In this document: positions 1 through 22,079 of the stretch, in pieces
Layout of the letters: each line of letters opens with the position of its first letter
Numbering within the stretch: the stretch's first letter is position 1
DNA from: the human T2T-CHM13v2.0 reference genome, Homo sapiens
Assembly (NCBI RefSeq): GCF_009914755.1
Contig: NC_060947.1
DNA length: 64,000 bases
Reading direction: 5' to 3' (one strand)
The notes under the pieces: generated by a model
Databases searched by the model: none
The model's input: only the letters and a program-made list of their open reading frames with translations
What the model was told of the DNA's origin: nothing
Program-made: the position numbers and the translations under genes

Positions 1-744
1 CCACTTTTCCCTTTCTGAAGGTGGACGGGATCCTTTTCATTTTTTATCCAAGTAGCCGAAATGACACAAGACCAGTATGCACGTTCATTTCCATACAGTC
101 CTAATTTATGACAAATGTACTTTTTTTTTTTTTTTGCCATATAGCCTTTTTCCTAATTAAGAGAACCACATCCTATTCCTAACTTATTACTATTAATGAC
201 AACACAGGCATCAAACTTCAAGGTGACTTGTTTGGGCACCCCTTTTTCTTTTGTTTTGGCTAACACTTTACTCATATCGTTTATGAGCCCCCACCAGGTT
301 TCAGTCCTTAATCTTAAAAACTGTGGTCATGGGAGGCTCAGATGGGTCATAACACACATCAGGTTGGTCATTTCCTGGGCTACATACCTTGTATAGAATA
401 GCATTATACAAACAAGTTCTTTTTAGAGTCCTGGTATACTTATAATAACCATAAAATAATAGGACTGTAGCAACTTTTTTCCTACCTCAGTGACTTGACG
501 TATATACTGGGAATAGTCTTCAGTCTGAGGAAGGTCAGTTGAAGTCCCTATGGTATAAGTCCAAATTTTAAGGAAAATGAGTCCCGCAATGAGTTTTCTC
601 ATGCTTTGGCCATGCGTGGACCAGTCAGCTTCCGGGTGTGACTGAAGCAGGTATTGTCATCTTCTTCAGAGTCACTTTGCAGGGGTTGGTGAAGCTGCTC
701 TCGCCCATGTACAACTCACAGTCTACTGATGTTCAAGGATGGTC

Positions 745-1250
745 TCAGAGGTTGGGCCCACTAGAATAAACTGAGTGCAATACAACACAGTGATATTCAA
801 CTGGGCTCTCTGATACCGGGAGCAAGGTGGCAGGGTTTAGGGTGTCGCAAACTTCAATGGTTATGTGGGGATTTTCACATAGCAAGCTTTGGTACTTGGT
901 TAATCTAGCATTTGTTAGCCAATGATGTCCTTTGGTATTCATCAAAGTTACCACAGCATGGGGGGGTCTTTATATTCAGGTTTTGCCCAAGGGTTAGTTT
1001 ATCTGCTTCTTGTGCTAACAGGGCCATTGCTGCCAGGGCCCTTAGCCATGGGGGCCAGCCTTTGGAAACCCCGTCTAGCTGTTTTGAGAGATAGGCCACT
1101 GGCCTTGGCCAGGGCCCCACAGTCTGGGTTAAAACTCCAACTGCCGTGTTTTCTTTTTCTGACACATAGAGTGTAAAGGCTTTTGTCAGGTCGGGTAGCC
1201 TCAGGGCTGGGGCCAACAGGAGTTTTTCTTTTAACTCATGAAAAGCTCAT
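745..1250 (-). pseudogene. Gammaretroviral pol remnant (RT connection/RNase H side), frameshifted
   Basis: ORFs 905-1216 ([17 protein letters not shown]...[19 protein letters not shown]) and 745-954 ([16 protein letters not shown]...LNPATLLP) are classic ERV1 pol motifs. Confidence 0.9.
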
Positions 1251-1587
1251 TGCTGTTGGTTGTAATAGATGTAGTTTATCCAATTTACATTTTTATTAAC
1301 TGCCACCCACCAAAATATTGACTCAAATCCTGCAGCTATTTGATTTCAAGCTTTAAATTGATCTGGTATTCCCCGTGGGACTCCAATTGTGTCTAAATAG
1401 ACGTGAGAGTCAAAAAACCCATAAGGGCCTTCTCTCGCTTTACAATGTCTTATTTTTCTTCCCTCTGGTTGATGAAATGCCAGGGTGAAAGGGATAGCCA
1501 ATTGAACTAAAGTACAAGTGCCACTCCAGTTATTCGGCAGAGTGCCCAGTAAAGGTCCACACACAATCACAATACCACCACACATCC
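1250..1587 (-). pseudogene. env remnant (HERV-I/IP10-like, SU end into TM)
   Basis: ORF 1346-1597 LPNNWSGTCTLVQLAIPF...HVYLDTIGVPRGIPDQFKA continues past a stop into NQIAAGFES...NWINYIYYNQQ. Confidence 0.85.
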
Positions 1588-2660
1588 TGAAGATCACGTT
1601 CTCATCAAAGGGTGAAAAGAAAGGAAACTCGATCCAGCCTAGGAAGGACCCTACCTTGTGCTGCTAAACACCGAGACTGCTGTTCATACAGTGAAAAAAG
1701 GATGGACTAATCACAACCAAGTCAAGAAAGTGCCACCCCCTCCAGAGTCATGGGCCATAGTCCCAGGGGAAAACCTTACCAAACTAAAGCTAACAAAAAT
1801 TTAAGTCTTAATCTATTCTATTACTCTTTCTTCTTACCTCGCTCTTTTGCTGACCATCTGGTTATTAACAAAACCAAGTCAATTTTGCCTCAAACTATTG
1901 CATTTAATGCTTGCCTTGTTATACCCTGTGGGGACTTGCCCAGTCAAAGACAGCTCTCTACTTCAGAAAAGTACCTCTGTCCCTCCTGACTCTCCTCAGA
2001 CTGGGCATTAGTAAATTAGGACCATTTAATCTGGGGAAATTTTGATTAAGACTCCAGTGTCAACCAGGAGTCTTGCTCCCCTATGTAGAGCTTTTATGCC
2101 GTAGTTGGTCCAACATTCTGTGGACCACTAAAGAGCAAGGATGGGCTGCCCCAACCGGTTTTTGTAATTTCCTAAAATCATACATTCATTTTACTAGAGG
2201 ATGATAGAAGTTAAAGACTTAAAACAAACTTTGGCAATTAAGACAGGATACCAAGATGCAAATGCCTGGTTGGAATGGATCAAATATTCCATCTGCACGT
2301 TAAACAAAAGCAATTGTTATGCTTGTGCACATGGCAGGCCAGAGGCCCAGATTGTCCTCTTTCCACTAAGCTGATCCTCCAGTCGACCACACGTGGGCTG
2401 CATGGTAGCTCTTATCCAGGATTCTACAGCCTGGAGTAGTAAGTCATGCCAAGCTCTCTCTGCTATATCCCAAAGTCCGGTACCCTGCGGGTCAGCCCCC
2501 GAGGGCCATCCAGCTTCCGTCTCCCAACACTAAGTTCACTTCGTGTCTCTCACAACAGGGAAGAAACTTAGCGTTCCTTGGAGACCTGAAGGGATGCAGT
2601 GAGCTTAAGAATTTTCAAGAGCTTATCAATCAGTCAGCCCTTGTTCATCCCCGAGCGGAT
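1588..2660 (+). pseudogene. Integrase C-terminus and env SU start, inverted relative to the rest of the provirus
   Basis: The + strand reads EDHVLIKG...EGPYLVLL..ETAV...KGWT...ESWAIVPG and then env-like sequence, while both flanks read on the - strand. Confidence 0.85.
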
Positions 2661-4540
2661 AGGCTGGTGCTGGTTTACCGGAAATTCTAGGGGTGGTACA
2701 TGTGCTAAAAGACTTTTAGTTTTGAGGGAAAGGAAAGTGGAAGATAAACCAAGTATATAATTTCTAAGAAGTTGACCTTTTGTTTTAAATGTGGGGACAT
2801 CAGCAGTGGACTTTATAGTTCTTGGTGCCTTTCCACTGAGAAATTTCCTTTAGCACCTATTTTTATTAGTTTTTAGACCAAAGAAGCCAAATACCATTTT
2901 ATATTTGACAATGCTTCCTGTATGATTTTTATACCAGATAAGCTAAATTTCACCTTTATATTAGTGTGTTATTAATGTTAAACTTAGTTTTAATAAAACT
3001 TTGTATACATATTTATTGAATTTTTCATGTTGGACCATCAGGTAAGATTTTTATAGACTCACTTTTTATAATCTTTGTTAAAGAGCAGGTTAGTGCTTTA
3101 AGAAAAACCCATTGTGTTTTTACTTTAATGTCCAATTCACAGAAAAACTGGATGTTACCCCTTTACCTTTGGCTAATATGTTTACACACAGAATTTCCTT
3201 TACAATTAACATTTTAAAACTTGCTTAAACCTTCAAAATAGTTTTTTTAACCTTTTAATGTATGTAACAACTTACATTCTTTTGCCTCCTTATAATCCTT
3301 TTACCAAAGTTATATTTTACTTTCCTTATACACCTTGCACATAAACTGTTTATTTCAATAGTTTTACATTCAGGAGGCCTAGTTACTTTTAAATTATACA
3401 ACTTTTCTTGCATAAATTCTTTTTTTTTATAACATATTTCTCTTTCACAACTTTTGCAGACAATTCTTAGCAATGCCTGAACTTTCTGACTTATTACAAA
3501 CATTTCTTTCTTTAAACAACCAGTTAATTTATTTCAGGACAAGAATTTACCATATAACACTTTTTTTACATAAATTCTGCCCCTCCTTTTCTTCTTTTTT
3601 TTTTTTTTCAGAGATAACCATTCTTTTCCAAAGCGAACTTGCTTTATGACTGTGGACTAGACTGTCTAAGGCCACAAGATTATAATTTACTATAATACAT
3701 GTTACAATGTTAGCTTTTAGCAAACTTTACTTTTGTTGAAAACCTTGCAAGTTTGGGATTTTAATTATCCTTTGCTATTAATAAGACCTTGTTTTGTCCA
3801 AATTAACTTAGAATTGGTATAGATGGCTTTTTTTTTTTTTTTCCTTCAATTACCCGGGAGGAACCATTGATGGTCCTGTCCTGTAGGGAATTCTGGTCTG
3901 GTCGGACCTTTGTATGGTAATTAAGACTTAGATGCCCTGTTAGGAAAACTTCTGGGTTAAGGGATTTTTTTCGTGGTTAATGTTAAAACATCCTTTTTTT
4001 TTTTTTTTTTTTTCCTTAGGATACTTCTGAACTGGTGAGGTATGCTCACACTGAGGTTTCCTCTAAAAGTTATTTTTTTACTTTCTTCTGTTAGCAAAGC
4101 CATTGCCGCTACAGACTGAATGCATCTGGGCCATTCGTGGGTTACTGGGTTAAAGATTTTTGATAGGAAGGCTACGGGTTATCAGTGGCCTCTGTGCTTT
4201 CGGGATATGCCCTTGTTTACACTGACAACAAAGTGGTATTGGAGTGTTATAGGGTTACAGAGAATACCTTCAATTATCAATTATAGGTTTTAAATTTACC
4301 CTGGCTTTTAAAGGAATAGGGCACACTTTTTTTTAACTACTTGTATATTTCTCTGTCTTTGACATTGTCTCTCTTTTTGACTTTCCTTTTGCCTCTGTCT
4401 TTTCCTCTCTCTCTCTTTCTCCTTGACTCCCTCTTTGTCTCTCTGTCTCTTCCTCTCTCTCTTCTTCTCTCTCTTTGCCTCTTTTCCTGTCTCTTTCTTC
4501 TCTGTCTCTTTGCTGGTCTTTCCTTGCCTCTGCCAGCTGC

Positions 4541-4852
4541 TTATGCTGCTGTTCTCTCAACCACCGTGGGGGTAGGGAGGGGGTCTAAAACCAGCTGTAA
4601 CCAAGTGTCTATGTACGGGAACTGGTCTGGGCACCCTGGCTTACAGGTTACCTTGTGCCATACCTTTGAAACAAGGGACCTGTCCATGCTTCCTTCTGAT
4701 GGCCAACCCACCTCTAATGCTGGCCAGTCTATTTCACACAAAGTCCTAAGTTTTCCTGGTGTCATAGTAACACCATAATCTCCCTTAAATCCTTTCTTGA
4801 AATTTTTCAACATAGTTCCTAGTGGGGTGGGCTTACTTTGTGCCTGACCCAT
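4541..4852 (-). pseudogene. HERV-E-like gag matrix N-terminus (truncated)
   Basis: MGQAQSKPTPLGTMLKNFKKGFKGDYGVTMTPGKLRTLCEIDWPALEVGWPSEGS...DQFPYIDTWLQLV. Confidence 0.9.
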
Positions 4853-5375
4853 GCTTCCTCAAGACAAAACACCACGCTCACACCGCACGCACACCACAAA
4901 AAGAACGGGTAAAAAGGGCACACACACACTTTTACAGTTTACACCAAACCAGAATCAAAACCAAAATCAGAGTATCAAGAAATCCAAGCCAGGTCAAAAC
5001 CAAAACCAAAGTATCAAGCAATCCAAGTCAAGTCAAAAACAAAAAACCAAACTGCCAGTACAGGCATGCCATGGGTGATCAGGCCACGCTTCCACTCAAA
5101 TGGAGTAGGCAATTTCCAAAGACTAGTCTTACCAAGTTTCAGATGTCTGGACTCCAAGTGCCAGTTCCTTCCCGGCGTTCAGCCACTGCGTTGATCCTCC
5201 ACAGGGGCCTGCCACGCACTGCTCTGGTGAGGCGTTCCACTGGGACAATTGCCTACCCAGGAGCACTCTCAGGATCTGCGTTGCTCAAGCTGGCCGGAGT
5301 CCCCCACAGAGATGCTCCATGGGGTAGGCCTAAACCGCCTAAGGGGCTGCCTCGACCGTCTGTTAATCACCTCAC

Positions 5376-5393
5376 TTCCTGGTCAGGGAACCA
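5376..5393 (-). other. Primer binding site, tRNA-Glu
   Basis: Minus strand TGGTTCCCTGACCAGGAA matches the complement of the tRNA-Glu 3' end (TGGTTCCCTGACCGGGAA) at 17/18 positions, 5 nt after the LTR. Confidence 0.9.
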
Positions 5394-5398
5394 AGAAA

Positions 5399-5841
5399 TG
5401 TAGCAGGACAAGCCACAGACAAAACCCCTCAGACACTGAGTTAAAGAAGGAAAGGCTTTATTCGGCCAGGAGCTTCGGGAAGACTCACATCTCCAACAAC
5501 TGAGCTCCTCTAGTGAGCAATTCCTGTCCTTTTTAAGGGCTCACAACTCTAAGGGGGTCCCTGTGAGAGGGTCGTGATCAATTGAGCAAGCAGGGGGTAT
5601 GTGGCTGGGGGCTGGATGCACTGGTAATTAGAATGGAACAGAACAGGACAGGGATCTTTACAGTGCTTTTCTTATGCAAATAACCGATTAGGTCAGGGGT
5701 CAAGCTTTAACTACCAGGCCTAGGGTGTGGCGCCAGGCTGTCTGCTTGTGGATTTCATTTCTGCCTTTTACTTTTTACTACTTCTTTCTTTGGAGGCAGA
5801 AATTGGGCATAAGACAATATGAGGGGTGGTCTCCTCCCTTA
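5399..5841 (-). mobile_element. LTR2-family 5' LTR
   Basis: Minus strand starts TAAGGGAGGAGACCACCCCTCATATTGTCTTATGCCC and ends GTCCTGCTACA; it contains CCTTAAAA and AATAAA. Confidence 0.9.
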
Positions 5842-6363
5842 ACATCATAGTAATTGGGGGAATCTTGGAAAGGATTTTCTCTAAAACAGAAACAACACAA
5901 GGATGCCAAATTTTTCCACTCTCATTTAATGTATTAGGGTATGTCCTAGCCAGAGCAATCAGGAAAGAAAAATAAATAAAAGGAATCCAAATTTAAAAAG
6001 AGGAAGTTTAATTATCCCTGTTTGCTGATGATAGAATCATATATCTAGAAAAACCTAGACTCTGCCAAAGAACTCTGATTTGATGAACGAATTCAATAAA
6101 GTTGAAGAATACAAAAATATTATTGTACAAATATCAGTAGTGTTTCTATATACCAATAATGACCTTGCAAAGAAAGAAATCAAGAAGGCAATCCCATTTA
6201 CAATAGCTACAAAAAAAACCCTAGCAATAAATTTAACCAAGGAGGTGAAAGATTTCTACAAGGAAAATTACAAAACACTGCTGGAATAAATTGTAGATGA
6301 CACAAACAAATGGAAGAATATCACATGTTCATAAATTGAAATAATTAATATAAATAAAGTGAC

Positions 6364-6726
6364 TCATATGGTTTGGTTCCATGTCCCCAACCAAATCTCA
6401 TGTTGAATTGTAATTCCCAATGTTGGGGGAGGGACCTTGTGGGAGGTAATTGGATCAGGGGGGTGGATTTCCCCCATGCTGTTCTTGTGACTGTGAGTTC
6501 TCAGGAGATCTGATGGTTTAAAAGTGTGTGGCATTTCCCCCTTGCTTGCTCTTGTTCCACCACGGTAAAGACGTGCTTGCTTCCCCTTCACCTTCTGGCA
6601 TGATTGTTACTGAGGCCTCCCATTCATGCTTCCTGCAAAGTGGAACTGTGAGTTTTTAAACCTCTTTTCTTTATAAATTACAGTCTCAGGTAGTTCTTTA
6701 TAGCAGTGTGAGAACAGACTAATAGA
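6364..6726 (+). mobile_element. MaLR solo LTR (THE1D/MSTA-like) inserted in L1
   Basis: Begins tcatatggtttgg..ccaaatctcatgttgaattgtaat and ends tctttatagcagtgtgagaacagactaatag; approximate 5-bp TSD gtgac/atgac. Confidence 0.85.
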
Positions 6727-8011
6727 ATGACCATAACTGCCTAATCTACAGATTCAATGCAATTCCCATCAAAATACCAGTGTCGCTTTTCACAGAATTA
6801 GAAAAAACAACCATAAGATTCATATGGAACCAAAACAAAGCCCAAGTAACCAAAGCAATCTTAAGCAAAAAGATCACAGCTGGAAGCATCACTTTATTTG
6901 CCTTCAAATAATATTACAACGCTCTAGTAAGCAAAATAACATGATAGTGATATAAAAATAGTATACAGATTAATATAAAAGAATAGTGAATCCAGAAATA
7001 AAGCCACATATTTACAGCCAACTGATTTTTGACAAAACCAACAACACATACAGTGGGGGAAAGAAGACCCGCTTTAATAAATGGCTTAAAAATTGAATAT
7101 CTATTGCAGAAAAATGAAACTGAATCCTTATCTCTCACCACATACAAAAACCATCTCAAGATGGATTAAAACTTACATGTAAGACCCAATACTTTAAAAA
7201 TGTTAGAAGGAAACCTAGAGTAAACTCTTCTGGACATTGATCTAGGCACCAAATTAATGATTAAGAACTCAAAAGCACAGGCAACAGAAGAAAAAATAGA
7301 CAAATGGGACTTAATTAAACTAAAAAGCTTCTTCGCAGCAAAGGAAACAATCAACATAGAGAAGAGACAACCTGTTATATGGGAGAAAATATTTTCAAAC
7401 TATCAATCCAACAGAGGACTAATATCCAGAATATACAAGGAACTCAAACAATAAAATCAAATAATCCCATGTGGGACAAAAGACATGAACAGACATTTTT
7501 CAAAAGAGACATACAAATGGCCAACAGGTATATGAAAAAATGCTCATCATTAATCATCAGGGAAATGCAAATCAAAACCACAATGATATTTCATTTTACC
7601 CCAGTTAGAATGGCCATTATTAAAAAGACAAAAAAGAGCAGATGTTGGTGAGGATATGGAGAAAAGAGAACTCATACTGTTGCTCGGAATGGATATTAGT
7701 ACAGCCTTTACGGAAAACAGTATGGTTTTTCAAAGAACTAAAAGAACTATCATTCAATCCAGCAATACCACTGCTAGGTATCTACTGAAAGGAAAAAAAT
7801 CAATATATCAAAAACATACTTGCTCTTGCATGTTTATCACACCACTATTCATAGCAAAGGGGAATCAACCTAAGTGTCTATCAATAGATAAATGAGTAAG
7901 AAAATGTGGTGTATATACATAATGGAATCCTATTCAACCATAAAAAAGAATACAATCATGTATTTTGCAGCCATACAGATGAAACTGAAGGTCATTATCT
8001 TTGCTATCTTC

Positions 8012-8300
8012 TAGACAAAAGGTCTTGCTATGTCACCCAGGCTGGAGTGTCTTGGCACAATTATAGCACACTGCAGCCTTGAAATCCTGGGCTCAAGTAA
8101 TCCCTCCTCCTCAGCCTTCCAACTAGCCAGGACTACAGGTTCATGCCACAGCTCCAGCTATTTATTTTTATTTTTATTTGTAAAGAGAAGGTCTTGAAAT
8201 TATGCGCAGCCTGGTCTTGAAATTTTGGCATCAAGCAATCTGGCTGCGTTGGCCTTCTAAATTCCTGGGATTACAGGCACAAGCCACCACACTCATCCTG
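8012..8300 (-). mobile_element. Old Alu (AluJ-like)
   Basis: cccaggctggagtg...gggctcaagt...gggattacaggc, highly diverged. Confidence 0.8.
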
Positions 8301-8880
8301 GAAATCATTATCTTAAGTGAAACGAGCCAGGCACAGAAAGACAAATATTACCTGTTATCACTCCTAAGTGGGTGCTACAAAATGTGTTCACATGGACATA
8401 GACAGATAATGGACATAGATAGATAATGTAGACTTGAAAGGGTGAGGGAGTGGGAGTAGGGAGAATGATGAGAAATTATTTAATGGCTACAGCATACATT
8501 ATTTAGGTGACAAATACCCTAAAAGCCCTGACTTGACCACCATGCAACCTATGTATGTAACAAAATAGCATATGCGCCTGATAAATGTATTTTTTTAAAA
8601 AAAATCAGTGAGTCTCTATGTTTTACTATCTCATGACCAAAATTCTAAAATGAAAGTTGAAAGTATTTTTATATGAGCATATATATGAAAGTATTTTTAT
8701 ATGTGTATATATACATTTAGATGTGTTTACACATATGTACATGTACTGTGTTATATGTTACATGTACATAATAAAATCTGGTATAATTAGCTTGACATCC
8801 CTCAAAATATTTTATTTAGATATATTGGGTGCACATATAAAATCAATAGTATACTAATTATCCCATTCAATAAAATTATA

Positions 8881-9035
8881 GAAACAGTCTTGCTCTTTCA
8901 CCTAGAATGGAGTACAGTGGCATAATCATAGCTCACTGCAACCTTGAAATTCTGGGCCCTTGAAATTCTTTCTGCCACAGCCTCCCAAGTAGCTAGGATT
9001 ATAGGCACCTGGCACCCCAACTTTTTTTTTTTTTT
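8881..9035 (-). mobile_element. Alu monomer/half
   Basis: ggagtacagtggcataatcatagctcactgcaacc...cctcccaagtagctaggattatagg. Confidence 0.7.
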
Positions 9036-9039
9036 AGTT

Positions 9040-10470
<1,431 letters not shown>

Positions 10471-10489
10471 AAGCTATCTTCTTTATTTA

Positions 10490-18083
<7,594 letters not shown>

Positions 18084-19206
18084 AATTTCATTTGTTAAGG
18101 TAAAGTTTTACTTTTCAAATTTCTCAGATTTATACCTCAGAGGTACAACTTTTGCTGTACCTCACTGCACGTGATTTGCAGGTCACACATCATGACATTC
18201 ACCTTTTTATCCCCTTGAGAATGCCTGTTATGAAAACTCTCCTTCAACTTTTTTGTCAGCCCCTCTTTTTTCTCTAGTTCTAACCTGCTGTTATGGCCTA
18301 ACACTAAAATGTTTACCTTGCAGGCCTAAAAAAGCACTTTCCCTCCCGTAAAATTTGACTCTGTATTCTTGGCTTTTTTGATTTACCTGAATTATTCCAC
18401 TCATAACCTTGGAAACATTATCCTTGTGTCTAATTAAATTCATCAGGTTCAACTTCCAGTTCATCTAAATGAGCTTCCATTAAGAAGAAAAAGTCACAGG
18501 GCTGATGGTTTTACTTTGGCTTTTTGTTAGTTGGCCTAAGAATCAAAGGCTTTTTGTTTTATCAAGAAAATTTGCTGTGTTGACTTTATTAGGTTTTTGA
18601 TTACTGAGGATAATTGAGCTTTAAAAGGATTAAGGTTTTTATATCCGTGTAACTCTCTGTGTTGCATCTGAAGTCTTTTGATGATCACTTTGGTTAAATG
18701 AGTATTATTTTATAGTGGCCTGCAATTCTGTTTTGATCAAATGCTTTGAGCGCTTTAACATCTTTGACAAACTTACTCAAGATCAAATCCTTAATTAAGT
18801 CTTGTTGACCTAGAATTAACTTTAGGATTTTCCATTCAGACCCCTGGAAAGCAACAAAAGATATTTTTTTCATTTTGTAGAGACATTAAATGATTAAGCT
18901 TATTTGGAAAATTGTGTAAGAAATGTTGTTGAAGGATAAGCAATATTAGATCTTCTCTTAGTTGCATTTATAAATGTACTATTAATGCAAATGTTTCAAA
19001 AATTATATAAATTCATAGAAATATGTTATCAATCATAATTCTAGTTGTTACCTAAAAATGCTATATGTAATAGAACTAACTAAATTTTCTCATCAATTAC
19101 AACCTTTCATCAGATTTTTAACCACGGCCATTCCAAGTTTTTAGAATCCACAGTTATCATTTTGAATTATTCTGTAAAAACATTTACAATCAAATTCATG
19201 AACAAG

Positions 19207-19863
<657 letters not shown>

Positions 19864-21596
19864 ACAAGAACTCTTAAATACAGGTTTCTGATAACTTTAA
19901 TATCAATGGACTAAATGAAAACTTCCAGAACTCTAATAAACTGATGGATTCAGAAAACTACTAGTGGAGATCAAAGAGAACAAATGTTGATTATATGAGA
20001 CTGAATAACTAATGAAGACAATGTTTTTATGATTTTTTACTTGATACATGTGGTTCTTAATGTTTTGTTTTTCAGATTTAGGAACATTTTCTCTCTTGAG
20101 CTATCATTTATAGCAATTTGGTAAGATATACTTTTGTAAAAGAAAAAAGAAAAAAAGGAAAATCATTTGGATTTTTCTCCTTGATTCCTCCAGAATTCAG
20201 AAAGTATTTGTTAGTATTCTTATGGTAATATGATTATTTGCATAAGCCCAATAAAAATCTGTCTTCTTTATAGCAGAATACAATTTAAAAGCATGGTTAT
20301 TACCAAGGCTTTGACTGAAATGACATATTTGAAAATATGCATAAAATGCCTGACTTAAGGGTTCCCAGCCTTATAGTGAGTAAATAAAAACTGTCACTTC
20401 CCAGCAGGTCCAGGAATCCTAAGATTATAATAAAATCTAAAGTTGGTCTTGGTTTTGCTTTCTAGCCTCATGAGGTTTTAAAATCTGAGATTTCCTATAT
20501 GATCAATGTAGAAAGAAAAGGTTGTTTCTAAAAAAGAGCTATACTACACCTGTTATTAGATTTTAACTCTGCACATTGTTTTCAAGCTCTTATTATCTAC
20601 TTATACACTACACGTGGTCCTAAATTATTCTAGGTTCCTCCAATCCAACTTTTTTCCATAAAACTCCTAAGGCAGGAACTACTTCGTTTCTAAGGCCTGT
20701 AAGCTAAAACTAGATAAATTTTAAGGAACAAATCTTGTGCCTGATATATGAACCACACAGAAAGGTCACCAAACTCCCTGACACCAAAGCCAGAGACATT
20801 CAAACTGTAAACCAGGACAAGAAGTTGACATTTTTCATGCCATAAACGACCTTTCCTAAGACATCAGAATGACATATCATAATGAAAGTCTTACTTCCCT
20901 TAATGATATTTTTTTTTCACTTGGCAGGAAGTTGACATAATTACTTTTTTTTAGCAACCAGTAACTGCTATAGATAACTTGACAAAACCTGACCAAAGAA
21001 ATCCTTTTAGTTCACCTAGTGGGCAACTTTAAAAATTTTGTTCAAATTATAATGGTGGTTCCTTTCGTAAAATTGGCATTCTCTGTTTTAATTTTACCAA
21101 GTCAGAAAATGCTACTCAGTGGCTATAACAGGTCTCACCTAGTTTCCTCTATGGTCTTTTGATTTGTTTAGTTGTTGCCCTTAAGTTTGTGCTCTTAGAG
21201 CAAAACCATTGTGCAAACTAATTTTATTATATTGTTTTTTATTTTTGTATTATGATTTTTAAGTGTTGCTCTTATTACCTGTCTAATCTTTGTAAAGCCA
21301 GCTCTCTGAAGGGGATAAAATTAGCCCATTGTTTCAAGGTGACTGCTGATGACTATGGAACTGTAAGATGAAACTTGATGCTGGACTCCAGATGAACCTA
21401 CCATGAGAAAATTTTTCCTTCTGGCCTCCTTGTTACTCCAATATGACCCAGGTCACTGATATACACCCCTATGACTTACCCTCAATGAGGAAGACAACAG
21501 GACAGCTCCATCCCAGCACCGAGAGACAATTAAGCCTAACTTCACAATGGTTGATCAGTCATGCATTCATAGAAGGATCTTGATCAAAGAGGGGCG

Positions 21597-22054
21597 TGTG
21601 AAAGTTGATCACACACATTGGGTCATTCTTACAATATAAAACTAAAACAGTCAAGAGTTCAGGGGGAAGAAGCACTCAGGGCATTATTACATTGCTCTAA
21701 GAATGTAATTCTCTACCAGCCTGGATGATAAAACTGCCTGTTATATCCTGAAAACACTTTTATCTAACAGCTACTGAAACAACCTGCTCAAAACTCTAAG
21801 ACCACTTTTACCCAAGACTATCACTCACCCATCAGAGACTGCTAGCTCCACAATACGTTACTAGTACCAATGAACTTTCTAGAAAAACTGTATGTGACAT
21901 TTCTCCTTTTATAAAACCTGCAACCTCCTCTTTCTTCTTCAGAAATACTAAAGGCCACCGAATCTGTATGTATGCACCAAACTGCAATTTTTCCTCCTGT
22001 AATAAAATGTTAAATTTAGATATTCATCTCTAGATTTTTATTTTCACTTTGAAA
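21597..22054 (+). mobile_element. ERV1 3' LTR (MER4 group; subfamily uncertain)
   Basis: Starts TGTGAAAG after the PPT; contains TATAAAA (~21910) and AATAAA (~22001); ~460 bp. Confidence 0.7.
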
Positions 22055-22079
22055 AAGTCTTCTCACCTGATATAGCACC

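Larger units (their letters stand above)
1..5841 (-). mobile_element. ERV1 Harlequin/HERV-E-type defective provirus (5' LTR plus internal region; runs off the window edge)
   Basis: LTR2-type LTR, tRNA-Glu PBS and HERV-E-like gag N-terminus MGQAQSKPTPLGTMLKNFKKGF. Downstream is a mosaic of IN/env segments followed by RT/RNaseH segments, as known for the recombinant Harlequin family. Confidence 0.9.
5845..8605 (+). mobile_element. Old L1 fragment (3' ORF2 plus 3' UTR), decayed
   Basis: ORF2 remnants [33 protein letters not shown] and [10 protein letters not shown]; A-rich tail near 8600. Confidence 0.9.

Noticed and set aside
4822-5403. Longest ORF in the track (193 aa, +)
   Set aside because: It is antisense to the ERV leader, low-complexity and has no domain.
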